A stretch of DNA of 54,420 bases, the filler included, from Circinaria calcarea (Eukaryota), in NCBI GenBank assembly GCA_051942165.1. It is 3 parts of 3 records of this genome, joined end to end, with 100 filler letters (N's around TTAATTAATTAA, not from the genome) between each part and the next. Parts side by side here need not be neighbours in the genome. Positions count along the whole stretch, not along the records: positions 36,384 to 54,420 come from JAVECS010000245.1; 2 more parts are not named here. One strand, 5' to 3'. A program made the position numbers and the translations under genes. The notes below the pieces were generated by a model. It ran no database searches, was not told the origin of the DNA, and saw only the letters and a program-made list of their open reading frames with translations. Of the stretch, positions 36,610-50,689 are shown piece after piece. Positions within the stretch are counted from its first letter, which is position 1, and every line of letters starts with the position of its first letter.

Positions 36610-38770
36610 TTACGGTCCCTTCTTCCCCTTTCCCCCCTTCTTCTTCCCTTCTCCCCCTACCCCAGGACCAGACGCAGACGGCGGATCCGGTAAACTCACT
36701 TTTCCCTCCATCACCTCCTCACCCGCCCCTTTCAACTTCTCCGACCCGCTTATGAAAAACCCCAGATCCCGATTCACATCCTTGAGCTCCGCATTCTCCG
36801 CCTTCAATCCTTCCATTTCCTGATTCATGAACTCGATCCTCTCCATCAAACTCCCGTTGATGGCCTTTTCTTCCCGCCACTCCTTCTCCAGTTTCCGCGC
36901 CATGGCTTCGAATTTCTCAGCTTTGCGGAGAGCGCGGTCTTTGTCGCGTTCGAGCGTCGGGATCGTCTCGTGGGCGAGGGTCTCATGTGCGAGTTTGAGA
37001 TCAGAGAGTTGGCTGAGGGCCTGAGAGGCGGATTCCGTGGCTTGGGTTGCCGCTACACTCGCTTGTGAGGCTTTGTCTGCTGCACGCTCGACCTTTTCTT
37101 CAAAATACATGCGTTGGCTCTCTAGTTGGCTGGTGAGGAGATGGGTATATTCGAGGCCGATGGTGTCGAGTTTCTCACGCGGAACAAAGTCGTCATAGTC
37201 ATCGTCGTGCGAAAAGGTATCTCGTGTGGCAGACGACGGAAGCTCGACAAGTTTCCCGTCCGTTTTGGTCTGCACGATGCGGTGGACGTAACCATCACTA
37301 GCGTAATCCCAGACTCGCTGGGTTGTAAGGTCCATGGCAAAGCAGTGAGATGTCTGTTGGTAGTGAAAGAAGGCGTGAGCGGCGTCGTATCGACCGCAAC
37401 CGACATTGCCACAGATCAAACAAATCCAAAGATTAGCGTCTGATCGGCAAATGCTGCACTCATTCAAGTCGAGATCACCATCCATGTCATTGCCACGTTT
37501 ACCAAAACCATCCTGGGCAAAGCGACAGACGGGACAGCCACTGCCCTTCCACTTTTGCAGGCAGGAACAATGGAATACATGTTGGCAGAGTATTGTGAGC
37601 AATCCTGTCGATTCGTCCATCCGTTCAAGGCACACCGGACAGGTAGGTAACTCTACCAAGGCCGGGGTCGGCGGCGCTTTGGGTTTGGCACTTAGTGCCG
37701 CCGATTGAGCCGTAGATGGCTGGCTTTTTATACTTGGCACATCGCTTGTAGCTATTGGAGGTGTAAACGGGTCATTGGTCATATCAGGAAAGGACCGCTC
37801 CTGTCCAATGGTTTTGAGGCTTCGAAACTCGATGGATTTAACAAAAACCACGTGGCAATTCTCCGGCTTGACATATCCTAAGTCAGCTTGAATTCTCATA
37901 GCCTAGCTAGAGGGCTAGTCTCACCTCCATACTGTTGAAAGGTTTCCCGTTCCAATTCTTCCTCCATTCCCTTCCTTGCTTCCCACTCCGAAACTTCATA
38001 AGCACCATATATCTGTTGACCCTCTCTGTCCTGATCATCCTAAAGTGGCTGACTTCCTCCCTCGTTTTTTCGCCCACGAACCCTAAGAAATCAGACGATG
38101 TCAAATACGACGGGACAGCCAGGATACAGAGGGTAGTGCAGTCTTCATCCCGGAATGGAGGATCTTGCCCCATCTCAGCCCGCTTTGCCGAGCCCCGTCC
38201 ATGCCTGGAACTACGGGCTGGTATAGCATCCTCGTATAGCTCTGGTGTCTCTTCCGTGTCTCGGTAGAGTCTGACGACTCCCCACCCTAGATCCTCCTCA
38301 TCTAGGTCCGTCGGCTCATAACGACCCTTTGTTGCCAGCCCATTAGGACCTCCCTCAATGCCATGACTGATTCGGTCTTGCGATGAAATCGTTCTCAGGT
38401 GTTTGCCCTCCCGCTTTGTATCCAGCATATCAATACTCTGCAAGACTATATTCCCGAGTCGCCAGTCATGAATGGGAGCGTGAGGAGAGGATCCGAGAGG
38501 ATGGAAGCTACTGCCCTGAGCGTTAGTGTAGTTGAAGGGCTTATTAGACGAAACCACGGAAGTTTTCTTCTCACAGGAACCTAAACTTGGGCTGTTCTTC
38601 TGGTTGACGGTATAATAGCTAGATGTCTGGGACTCTGGTATCTGAGAATCTTTCAATGCAGATGCTTTCTTTGATATCTGGGCAGCTGCTGAGGGAAATA
38701 GACACATAGGCTGAGCAGGCTTTGGGTTGCCTTTCAGATCGATGGAAAGGTGAAAGAAAAATGACGGCAT
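36610..38770 (-). CDS. ETP1: BRAP2/IMP-type E3 ubiquitin ligase (BRAP2 domain, RING-H2, ZnF-UBP, coiled coil); 2 exons
   Basis: LCILAVPSY...NRYMVLMKFR...NGKPFNSME|PENCHVVFV, ELPTCPVCLERMD...CQHVFHCSCL...CPVCR, LWICLICGNVGCGRY...HA...QRVWDY..DGYVHR. Intron at about 37924-37867. Confidence 0.93.
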
Positions 38771-39167
38771 CACTGTCTAGCACAGATTAATAGTCATCAC
38801 ATAGGTCTCTGAAAAGAACAGGATCAAAGGTGAGATGGACGTTTATCATAAGGTGGCGATGTTCATTCCTAATATTTCTACCTATACCCAGTTTATCGAA
38901 TGACTAGAATGCTCCTAGATGCAGGCTTCGCCAAAGCAAACAGCTTCGGGACATTTGCTGGTTTATACCGTTATCCTTTCTACTGATTGAATCTAAGAAA
39001 GTCACTTTGAAACAGAAATCAGAGTAGCAGACTGTTTGATTGATAGATATTGCTAGAGCTGCAGCCTACATAACCGGAGCATGCCGGACATGCCAACGAC
39101 CGTCATACACCGGAAAACTACCCGCTAAAGCCCCAAATACTATTAACTCACAGCCAATCCCGGTAAT

Positions 39168-40442
<1,275 letters not shown>

Positions 40443-40653
40443 GATTGTGAAGCTTTGAAGTGATAAGTGGGCGAAGTGTAAGACGTTCGAGAAACGTGTC
40501 AGATGAAATGGTCTTCGGTTGCAAAGGTAATGTGTGATGTGTAGGAAAGAAGATGTGGGATCGATGGTGGAGGTTCTTTAAGTAGGAAGGCGGTTCCGGT
40601 GAATGGCGCAGTCTCTCAGTCATACCTCACCGGAGATTATGGCGGGCCGGTGC

Positions 40654-40668
40654 GGAACCTTCCAGAGT
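40654..40668. promoter_or_regulatory. Heat-shock-element-like motif (GAAccTTCcaGAG) about 215 bp upstream of the polyubiquitin ATG
   Basis: Matches nGAAnnTTCnnGAAn with one mismatch; polyubiquitin genes are established HSF targets. Confidence 0.45.
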
Positions 40669-41331
40669 CACCTATCATTGATTTTACAGAACACAACACT
40701 ACGACTGGTTATAGTCCTCTCAACACACTTACAATTATAGATATGGTATATTGTTAACTTATTTTCACTTCAAACCTTCTTCGCAAAAATGACGTCTGTT
40801 CAAACAGGTCAAGCCTAGCCTAAATAGTAACTTTCGAGGTAACTGCTGCTCTAGACAAAGCCATGCTCCAAGCGGTGTGAACCAAGTCCACCATTGCTAC
40901 CGGTCTTGACTGATCGCAATGTCCAAAAACATTTATGCTTAAAACCAATTCTAAAGTGTCTGGGTAACAGACGAGTATCTGATGGAACACATCCTCTGCT
41001 AAGGCAATAAGGAAAGTGTATTAAGACTTCAAGCAGATATATACAAATCCCAGACGGAGACTCAGCCCTTAAAATCAAATGATGATCTTCGTAAACATAA
41101 GTCGTTCGTCCTGATATAATCGTGATCGTACAGATCGTTCGAATCGTAAGGCATAAAATGAAAGTAACTCGTTGGAGTTGGGACTCCAAAGACTTATTTT
41201 CTACCACCCATGAATCCGTAAGCCAGTGATGAATGCCGCCGTATAATTACAATGGCAGGTGTGGTTTCAGGCAAATAGAGCCGACCACTGAGTTTGGTCA
41301 CCGCGGGTAGTGAGCGACGGTAATATCGAAA

Positions 41332-43802
41332 TTAATTAGCTCTGATGACGAGTTTCGAGACAAAGATATTGGATAGGGAGTCGAAATTGTCACGGTCAAA
41401 GGTAGCCTGAGAGCGGTTCCTAAGGTACTTGTCTAGTAGCAGTCAGCCTAGGCGTGAGAATATTGCAGAAGCATATTGCTAACCATGACGAGTCACATGA
41501 TCGCGGACTTCGGTCATTGCTGCACAAACAGCAGCATTGTTACCCAAGAGCTGTTGGTGTTTCCGGGTATCCCATTCACCAAAGGCCGGAAGCTTCTGCG
41601 ATATCGCAGAAAAAAGACCAACGATGACACCGACGGGCGTTGTCTCCATGTCGGTGCAGAATTTCTCAACCACAGCGGCATCCTATTGTTGTTAGCTAGC
41701 CGTGAATATCTGGTGATTGCTCGTGATGGATTAGTTACCGGCACCTTGTAGCGACAATCAAACTGCATCGTCTCCCAGACCACTAGCAAAATGGTAGCGA
41801 GCATAAAGATTGTTGGCCAGTGTTTGAGCTTATCTTTTGAGTATACGCTAGAGTAGAGATGAGATAGCTGCTCCAAGATACTTTTCTGCAAGTCTCGCCA
41901 CATATCTGCCATGGCACACTTGACTTGAAAGTTGATCATGACCGGCGCCACGGTGTGGCCATTCCATTTCGAGTTTTCGTCCTGGACCTGACCGACGAGA
42001 GGCTCCTGCCCCGGTATGGTTGCAACCATGGTCACATGCTGCGTGAGGTTGTACGCAAGTACGAGTTTCAAGGCCTCGCGAATGACAGGGGTCTTTTCCT
42101 TCTGCCAGTACTTGTAGGTTGTTTTCAGGATTTCGGTGATGAAAGGTGTACCTTCAAAAAAGTCATCAACAAAATTGACGAATCCCTCATCGATATGGCG
42201 GTCCAAGTAACTCGATAGTATCTCGCTTGAAATGCCGTCTACGCCTGCAGAGAGCCTTGCAGTGTCGATTTCATGCTCCTTTGGCGTTTCCTGGTTGATA
42301 GTTTCGATCCAGCTGACACCAAAGCATCTTTCATCGCGAACGTAGACTTCCCGTGCTTTCACTGGTAGCATGTGGCCGTATCCATGAGTGACAAACAAGG
42401 TCCTTTCTTGATCGGAAAAGCCCTTGATGTTACCGATTGAAAACCCAAGGCTAACATGACGTTCGTAATCAGCTTTCCAGTCTTTCATAAAGTAGCCGAT
42501 ATCTTTGATGTCTATCCTTGTGCATGGTACCACCCAAAGGCGCGCATGCGAGGGCTGGCACCCTATGCAAGGCTCCCCTTTGTCGCACTGGAAGATGTCA
42601 GCGTTACGGTTTTCGAGCACAGGAAACGAGCTCAAGTCTATCAATAAACGTACAGTCTTTTTCAAGAACCGACAGCGTAAGCAGGCTCCAAGCTTCCGAA
42701 TCTCTCCAGCTTGCCTCCGTTGGTCGGGTTTGAGAGGTCCTCTTCGCCTTCCCACGCGCTTTTCGGTGTCTGCTTTGACGCTCTGCGATGGTCTCCTGGC
42801 GATGGCTTTCGTCGGCTTCATGATCGAGTTCTTCCGTGAATGTCTCCGAGCAATCGGGGAGGTTGATGCCGATGAGTGTTGAGGCGAAGGCGTCTGTCTT
42901 ATGGCGATGGGCTGCACCATAGCGGTCGTGACAACAGCAGGTGGACTAGGTCGCTCAGCATCGAAACGGCGATTCGGGTCTTGATAAAAGTCATATTCTC
43001 CGGCACTGTCGGTTTCGGGGGAAGTGACCGCGTTTGAGACATCTACATAACTCTCCCAGGTCCGCGAATGTTGTTCGAGGTCCGAATAAGAAGAGTCCGA
43101 GAACGTACGGGGATGCAGGGTTTGCTCGGGGTTGAAGATGGCATGGGGGGACAACGGCACATAATCGATTGCAGCCCAGCCGTTATCGCTGCTGGTGCTC
43201 GTCAGTGACCGGACCTCAAGATAATTGTCGGACGGGGAATTCTCCGGAATCGTCTGATGTGCTGAAGAGAGATCCGGCAAACCATGCACTTGCTGTCCAG
43301 GAAAGCCGAGGTTCTCTTGGAAATCCTGCCAGGTGAAGGGCATGGCTGCCAACGGATTCGAAAGCGCCAGGTAGGACCCGTCCAGCTGCAGACTGGCGTC
43401 CAAGCTGGCTTCCAGATTGGCATCCATACTCCCCTGAAGGCTGGTGGGCGGGGCTATATAATCCGTGGGCGATGTTTGGAAAGGCATTCCATAAGTCTCG
43501 TATGTTTGCTGAGGGAAAGCAGAGGTGTCCAAGGCGTATTGAGTTGATAAGCCGAGTGGGGTCATGTGCCAGTCTGCCATTAGAGCCGGATCGTGTTGGT
43601 GATGGACGGTCTGCTGGTAGGCTTGACTATCGTTCTGGAGCGGGAGAGGAGTCGTTGACCGCTGGTATTGCACCCCCAGACTGGCGTTGTGCGAATGAGC
43701 CATGCCATGTGTCTGCATCGGCCATGATCCCCTCGGCGAGTAGTCGAAAAAATTGCGCCGAGGGTCGATGTCGAAGGCGTGAAGGCCGTTAGTATTCTCC
43801 AT
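41332..43802 (-). CDS. Zn(II)2Cys6-type transcription factor with an internal zinc cluster; 4 exons
   Basis: RRRGPLKPDQRRQAGEIRKLGACLRCRFLKKT|CDKGEPCIGC...LWVVPC after splicing; three canonical introns; last exon ends ...SKLVIRAN* at 41332. Start Met uncertain. Confidence 0.85.
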
Positions 43803-44754
43803 CACGGTGACGAAGCATACGATTTCCGGTCGAGTAGTGAATGGGGGGAAGGCGACGAAGTCATCCAAGCCAGGTTGCGCTGGAGGAGGTTTGGGGGGAG
43901 AGGGGCTAGCAATAGAAGAGCGGTCAACGCTCAGCGTGGGCCCCGGCCTTTGATGAGTACCTTTGGGTAGCACACACACCACACCCACCGTAACACTGCA
44001 GCAGCGAGCCCCCGTGTTTCCCCACTAAAGGCCACACCCGGATGCGCTTTTCCCTGCTTCAGACGGTGGTTGAAGGGGTTATCGTGCCAATGGCTGACGG
44101 CCGTCACGCTGCGTCGCCTGGGCTTCATGCGCGCTTACTCGCCCTTAGCCGTCTGGAGCTTAGGCTTCGGGTATGGAAGTTGAACCGGCCCAGCGCCAAT
44201 CTGCCAATGCGGCTTAGGAAGACGCAACATTTGTCGATCTGACATATCTCTCCACAATTTCAAATTACTGAGGCACAGTACAGAAGAGTGGTCGAGTCGA
44301 GCCAGAAGGACTCGAGAAGGAGAGACGGAGTAGGGAGTGGTTTCGCCGGCGGGGTCGAACCACTCACCACCGCATCTCGTCGGAATTTTTAGCATGCTGA
44401 GACACGCAAACAAAAGACTCGAGCACGCGGCAAATGGTCCGCATGATTTTGACAGCCAGCACACAGCAGCAACCTGGATCCCCTTGCCTCCTGGAAAGGG
44501 GGAGCATTTCATGCGTAGAATGTGCATTATCCACGTGATCACGCTGTCAAACCGGCATCATTCACGATTCGGTTGATTGACGGAGCTGATTGGGGTACGG
44601 CTGCATATCGCAACGTCTGTTGTACCCGGTAACTTGAGGCACCAAGGCTCGCATTCTTCGAGTTCAGTCGTCCCCGCATCACGCAAGAGGCTGAGGACTA
44701 CGGTGAACTCCGAAAGCCAAAGTAATACATGACTACCGAGGGGTAATGTCAGCT

Positions 44755-44777
44755 CCGGGGCACCGGGGCACCGGGGC
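44755..44777. promoter_or_regulatory. CCGGGGCA x3 in the divergent promoter between the Zn-cluster gene and RAM1
   Basis: Three tandem copies; each matches the CreA/Mig1 consensus SYGGRG and contains a CGG triplet. Function is inferred. Confidence 0.35.
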
Positions 44778-45037
44778 TACAATGGATTCTAGGTAGTATG
44801 TAACTCTTCATCGGTTATCGACCGTACGAAAGTGTAAAGAAAAGTGAGATGATTGTGAATCCTACCTGTACGGGAGTCAGATTGCAATGGCCGCCAAGGT
44901 CCTATTTCGCCCACACAGCAATGGCGGAAGTCAACAAAGCACAAGGTGAAATTCCGCGAACAATAGTAATAGGAGTAGCGAGAATCTGCAAGTTACCGCT
45001 GATCGCATGGCAATTGGCAATGAAATGACACCAACGA

Positions 45038-47002
45038 ATGCGGAAACCATTCAGAGTCACCGTTAGACACCGCAGAACCATCTTTTTGTCCAGCAAGCCC
45101 AGATCAGCTAGTGGGTTGAGGCGGTCTGACTCTGAGAGCGTGAGTGAAAGTCTACGAGAAACCATGGATCGTTACCAAAACCGTTCGTTCGGGCGTGAGC
45201 CCGCCGGGAAAATCCAGGAAATCAACAACCAGGACAACAACATCCTGGACGAAGGAGCCGAGTACCTCTTTCCGGAGACCGGGGAAGCTACTGCAAAAGT
45301 ACATCAACCTACTGTACCCGAACTTTTCACTCAGCTGCCTTCAATCCGCGATTCTCTAGAGACTGGTACTTCCCTTCTCCAAGACCAAACAAGTCAAGAA
45401 TGTCTGCCTTGTCTGGCGGGCACGAGTGACCGCCATAGCGGTCCTCAGAATATCAATGCTCATGGTCTGCCGAGGTTGGAACGTGACGAGCATATTAGCT
45501 ATCTTCATGGTACTCTCACCGAACTCCCTGCCGGTTATGTAGCGTACGATGCAAGCCGACCTTGGATTGTGTACTGGGCGCTTACAGGGCTTTGCTTGCT
45601 TGGCGAGGACGTCTCTGGGTATCGCGAAAGGTAGGGAGACTGATTCCCCACTCCTATATCAGCATAAGTAACAATGGGGGTATCTGATTTCAGATAGGGT
45701 GATACAAACCTTTACTCCCATGCAAAATCCTGGTGGCGGATATGGAGGCGGCCATGGCCAGATATCTCACATTGCACCGTCCTACGCAGCCGTCCTCAGT
45801 CTTGCGATGGTCGGTGGGCCAGATGCCCTGGGTTCGATAGATCGGAGATCATTGTGAGTAAGTGGAGCAGCATGGGACTTACGGTACTAATGGACCCTAA
45901 AACGTAGATGGAGGTGGTTGGGGAAAATCAAACAGCCAGATGGAGGTTTCACTGTCTGTCAAGGAGGTGAGGAGGATGTCCGGTACTTCTTACGAAGCCA
46001 CGCGCTCGTGATGGCCAGCTAACAAGCTACAGAGGTGCTTACTGCACGTTGGTCCTGGTATCTCTACTGGGCCTTCCGACGGAATTACCTCACGATTCCC
46101 CAGCAAGATCCAAGGGAATGGATTCACTGCTTGACAGACTGCCAGAATGGCTATCGCGATGTGGGAACACCCGCTGCCCCGATGAAACCATGCTGATGCA
46201 ATTGTATCAGGCCAGACATACGAAGGCGGTATCGCCGGTGCACCGGGCACGGAGGCGCATGGGGCGTACGCATTTTGCGCCTTGGCCTGTTTGTGTATAC
46301 TTGGATCTCCAAAAGAGGCTCTGCCAAAGTAAGTTCGATTCAGTCTTTCCTGATAGAAAGACGACTTACGTAAGCCTCAAAGGCATCTGAATCTCCCTCT
46401 ACTTACATCATGGATCTCATCTCGACAATACGCCCCGGAGGGAGGCTTTGCTGGTCGCACTAATAAACTCGTTGATGCATGCTACAGCCATTGGGTCGGA
46501 GGTTGCTGGCCATTGATCGAGGAAGCATTAAATATGCCCAAGACAACGACCGCAGGTAGAATGCATTCTAGGGATAGCCTATACCATCGCGAGGGGCTCA
46601 TTCGGTATATCATGTGCTGTTCTCAGTCCAGCGAAGGCGGGTTCCAAGATAAGCCCAGCAAGTAAGTCCTACAGGAATGTGTTTGCAGAGCTTGGACGCT
46701 TGGACTGACAACCCTTTTGTAGACATGCCGATGGTTATCACTCGTGCTATGCCTTAGCCGGACTGAGCTCTGCGCAGCACCACCACCAAGTCCGGTACGA
46801 TGATCGAGAGGCAGAAGAGGAAACGTTGAGTGCTGCCTTTGGGTGGTCCTACGGTGGAGACGGATCCTTCCGGGGTGCACACAGGGAAAGAAGGGTTTAC
46901 GAGATAGACGACATCGTAGCGCCTATACATCCGATCTACGTGATACCATTCGGAGCTGTGGAGGAGATTCGATCCTGGTTCCTCGCGAAAAAAGGCTTCT
47001 GA
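45038..47002 (+). CDS. RAM1: Protein farnesyltransferase beta subunit; about 7 exons
   Basis: DASRPWIVYWAL, GGYGGGHGQISH, GGEEDVRGAYC, CQTYEGG, EAHGAYAFC, EGGFAGRTNKLVDACYSHWVG, DKP..HADGYHSCY; stop at 47000-47002. Confidence 0.94.
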
Positions 47003-49095
47003 GCCATTTTAATTGAAAAAGGCAAAGACCCTCGTAAGAACAGTCAGTGCGGACACTTAGGGGCTCAAGGGTAAATAACAAAGTCGAGTCTTTGTAGATC
47101 TCCAGGTGGTAACTTCCACCCAAGCATATCGGGGTTAGACATTCTTGGGCTATGTTCCTGGAAATGGTCGTTGCAAAGGAGAACATGCACCTCATACCTT
47201 TGACGCAACAGTCTATTCCGTCCTTGAAAGTATAGCCTGATCCGAGCCTGAGATGTGGAGACTAAGAGCATCACCGCAATGGTGCTTGGACCCTTTGCGG
47301 CTTAGCGCGCTACAATTGACATCTCCGTGTAATATCTACCAAGGACGTCTACTCCTCTCACCAACTGAACAAGTTACCAAGAATCCTCTGCATGAAGCTG
47401 TTCGAGTAGTGCAGTAATCTTGATCCAGCTATCGGATATCCTGTCCTCTTACCTCTTGCAATCGATGCACTAAGGTAGCTTCATGTACGTCTTACACAGT
47501 CCGCCTTCTGATAGCTTCCGGCTTAGGAGTTCATCGTCTCCCCCCATGTATGTTCACCCACGCTTTGTCGTAACGGCAGATGGGAGAGAGGGAGGAGGCT
47601 ATTTCGATAGGGTATGCTCGGCCCTTCCTTTACACTCTAGCCTGCTCTGGGTTCCTTGGGATCGCTGTCGAGATTCAAAGGATGGACCTCTATCTGGGTC
47701 GCGAAGTATCCAACTGCTACCAGATCAAGCCCTGCAATGCCCGACCACCAAAATATATGGACTTACGCAGTACTTGGCTCTAGAGATGGCGTGGGGTCTC
47801 TGAGATCATAGCTACGGATTAAAATCATCAGGAAGTCTTCTATGCTTGTCAATCTCGCCCGTGTGGGATTCTTTTCGGACCCGGCGCATACGCTGCTTAT
47901 CTTCAATTGGAGGATCAAGCGCATGCCAACTCACAACGCATACAATGCTAGCATCTGTCACATTTTTGTTGCGCCCGGCTTCGCTAGAGACCTCCAAATC
48001 CTCGAAGCGCAGTTACGAGGTCCAACCTAGGCGTTTTTCCTTCGAGGGTGTTCGTTGGTTTCTCGAATGACGATCGTGTTGATCGGTGTTCACGCTCGAT
48101 AGCACTAATCAACGTTCTGGGAACACACAACGTGACTCCGGCCAGGAGCGCCCACCGCGCTTCTCAAAGCAGTTCGACCAGCGGTATGGAGCCTGGCCGG
48201 GGCCAACACATTGTCACTTTGCAGAGCATGACAGCGAAAGCGTTGCGTGAACGCATACTGATCGGCCCAATGCTCATTGGAGGCGGAGGATAAAGCCTAG
48301 GAGGTATTCATACGAACACATTTCCGATCCAAGCCTCTCCTGCCTTAGCAGCGAACGTCCTTTCCATCACTCTGCATAAAGCTCCGTTACTGCGATATCG
48401 TCTGGACTGGATATGCGGGGTCAGGTACATATCTATTCGACGGTTGGCCTTCGTTTCTATAGGTTGAACCTCCGTCCCGCCGTTGACACGCAGCAATAGC
48501 GTCGCAGCGGATGGGCTAGATCTGGAGATTTTGTCGGTTTGCAGCGGACAATACGCTTGCAGTCGATGTCTTATTGGGTCGACATCTGGTAGGTGATGCC
48601 TTGGAACGCCTTTCCTTCGAACCTCATCACTGGTAGATTTGCGAGCCAGCGCATCGGCATGGCTTTAGTCGTTGAGCCGCAGAAATGGATTCGCTGAAAG
48701 ATCATAGTTTTGGAGCCAACGCAATTGGATTGGAAAAGCTCCGCTTTTGGCGTCAATAAGTCATGGAAGTACCTACGAAGCTATAAGGTACATTTTATGA
48801 CCGTTTTCCCAAATCGTTCACACGGAACCTATCTCAACCCATTGCGCTGCGCTATATTCTTTTCCAAGACCAATTCACAAATCTCAAGTCTGCAGGCGAG
48901 CCACTTGATTCATAATCCGCAAACGGCCCGGGTCTTTTACTCATTTTCATCCACAGCGTTGCTACCTAATCTAGCATATATCGGGCATCAAGAGTTGCCA
49001 CACCATCTTATTGATTCACACAAGGATCTTCCACAGGGCAGAGCACCCTAACTACAGCGTCGGAGACTTGGGAAGACTTCGCCGGGTTAACAATC

Positions 49096-49847
49096 ATGTA
49101 TTACATGCAGTACCTTTCCAGTCAGTCTCTCCGCCCGATCGCTATCTGTAGTCCTTCCTGGGTTGGATCCCCGACACGAGCGCCACTACAGTCAAGTTGC
49201 CTGATCCGTTGAAATGGCGAGTTTGGTTTTAACGGAAGTTTGGATGATGTCCCACTTTCATCCCTACCGCACTCTTTGGATTTTCAAGGCGTTTCTCCAA
49301 CTCATGAGCCTATTGTCATCGTGTTCATCCCCGGCGGCGGCGCTCTCTTGTCCAGCATGTTAGGCTATCATTGGGTCGATAGCAGTCAATTAGTACATGT
49401 ACCTTACTGACCGGTGGCTACCTAGGTCTTTGCCAACGTCGTCAGTGGTCACAACCCTTGTACGAGTCTTACTCCACGAACCCTGGTTATACATGCGTTG
49501 TTCGCGTCAACAATCGCGAATACCATACCGACACGGCCTATGCCAACGAAGTACTCGCACGCGAGAATGCCGCCATGCGTGCTTACTTGATTTGCCGTAA
49601 CTTCAGTGTAAACGACGGGATGTATCCGACTGGTCACAACAGAGGTGGTGTACTGCAGGGGATGCCGGTAGCTATTGGAACGGAACGGAGGAGCCTTTAC
49701 TCGGAAGACCTCGATAGCTCTACCAGTAGCGGCAGTCGGAGTGGTGGAAGCAGCCCAGAAGGTCATGAGACTCTTCGAGGCTACGAGGATCTCAGTCGGG
49801 GCACTGGTATCGATAGGGTATTGGTCTATGGCCGTGGACGACGTTGA
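49096..49847 (+). CDS. Small fungal dsRNA-binding-domain (dsRBD-like) protein; exons 49096-49120 and 49426-49847
   Basis: Spliced product MYYMQYLSSLCQRRQWSQPLYESY...YTCVVRVNNREY...ARENAAMRAY fits the alpha-beta-beta-beta-alpha dsRBD pattern. Intron is GTCAGT..TACTGAC..TAG. Confidence 0.75.
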
Positions 49848-50689
49848 CCAGCGACCCTTGGTGGTGAGAGAGCGAGAGGAGGGACCATGACGCTGGGCAG
49901 GGACAAAGTACGATAGGCGGTACCACGATCTCACGGCCTACCAGAGACTTCTATAACGAATTATGACGACAGCGATCTAGAGAGCATTCGCTAAAGCAGC
50001 ATTCATTTCAATTGCAAGCGACCTTCCATGCATCAGCGTTGCATCGTCGATCAGAGAGGCTGTCTGTTCTTTCCGAGTTATTTATCGCGACCCAGTATGC
50101 ATCTGGAGGTCCTCCGCTCGCTTTACATAGACGATCACACGGCCTTTGGCGAGTACTTTTTCTAGCATAACGACAGTCGTTCTTGGCTTAGGGCATCCAA
50201 ATCAGATATTCTCTCGTTGGAGCTTTTTCTGGAGATATCAGATTCTCAGTTTCCCCATGTATGACGGCAACAGTGGCCACAAGTACCCGTGTAAGATATC
50301 CCTCGGGAACATCCGCCACCGCATCACCTTCCCACGCCATCAACATTTTCGGAGTCATTCCTACCTCTCATCTTACGAGCATTAGATGAAAGTAGTAGTG
50401 TGCTGTAGCAGAGATGGCTTGACACGTCTCTTTCGCTTATTCCGTACTGTTCAAAATCGGCCTGGGGGTAAACACTTCTACAATGTTGTGCAGGAGGGAC
50501 CCAGTATCAAGGAGTGGTTCTATGATGTCATCCTCACTCCGCGTGTTCCACGCGACAGTTCCCAAAAGCCAGGACTCAGGTCAAGCCACAGTCTTGGCGA
50601 TTTCCACGTTCTGGATAAGGTATCAGCATGTCGGCTGTACCGCGCAAGCATATATCCACCTGCCCAAAAGTAGGCAGAGGATAGTTAAA

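Noticed and set aside
47003..49000. Short ORFs in the 2-kb region between RAM1 and the dsRBD gene
   Set aside because: No recognisable motifs or consistent splice model; treated as intergenic, though decayed coding sequence cannot be excluded.
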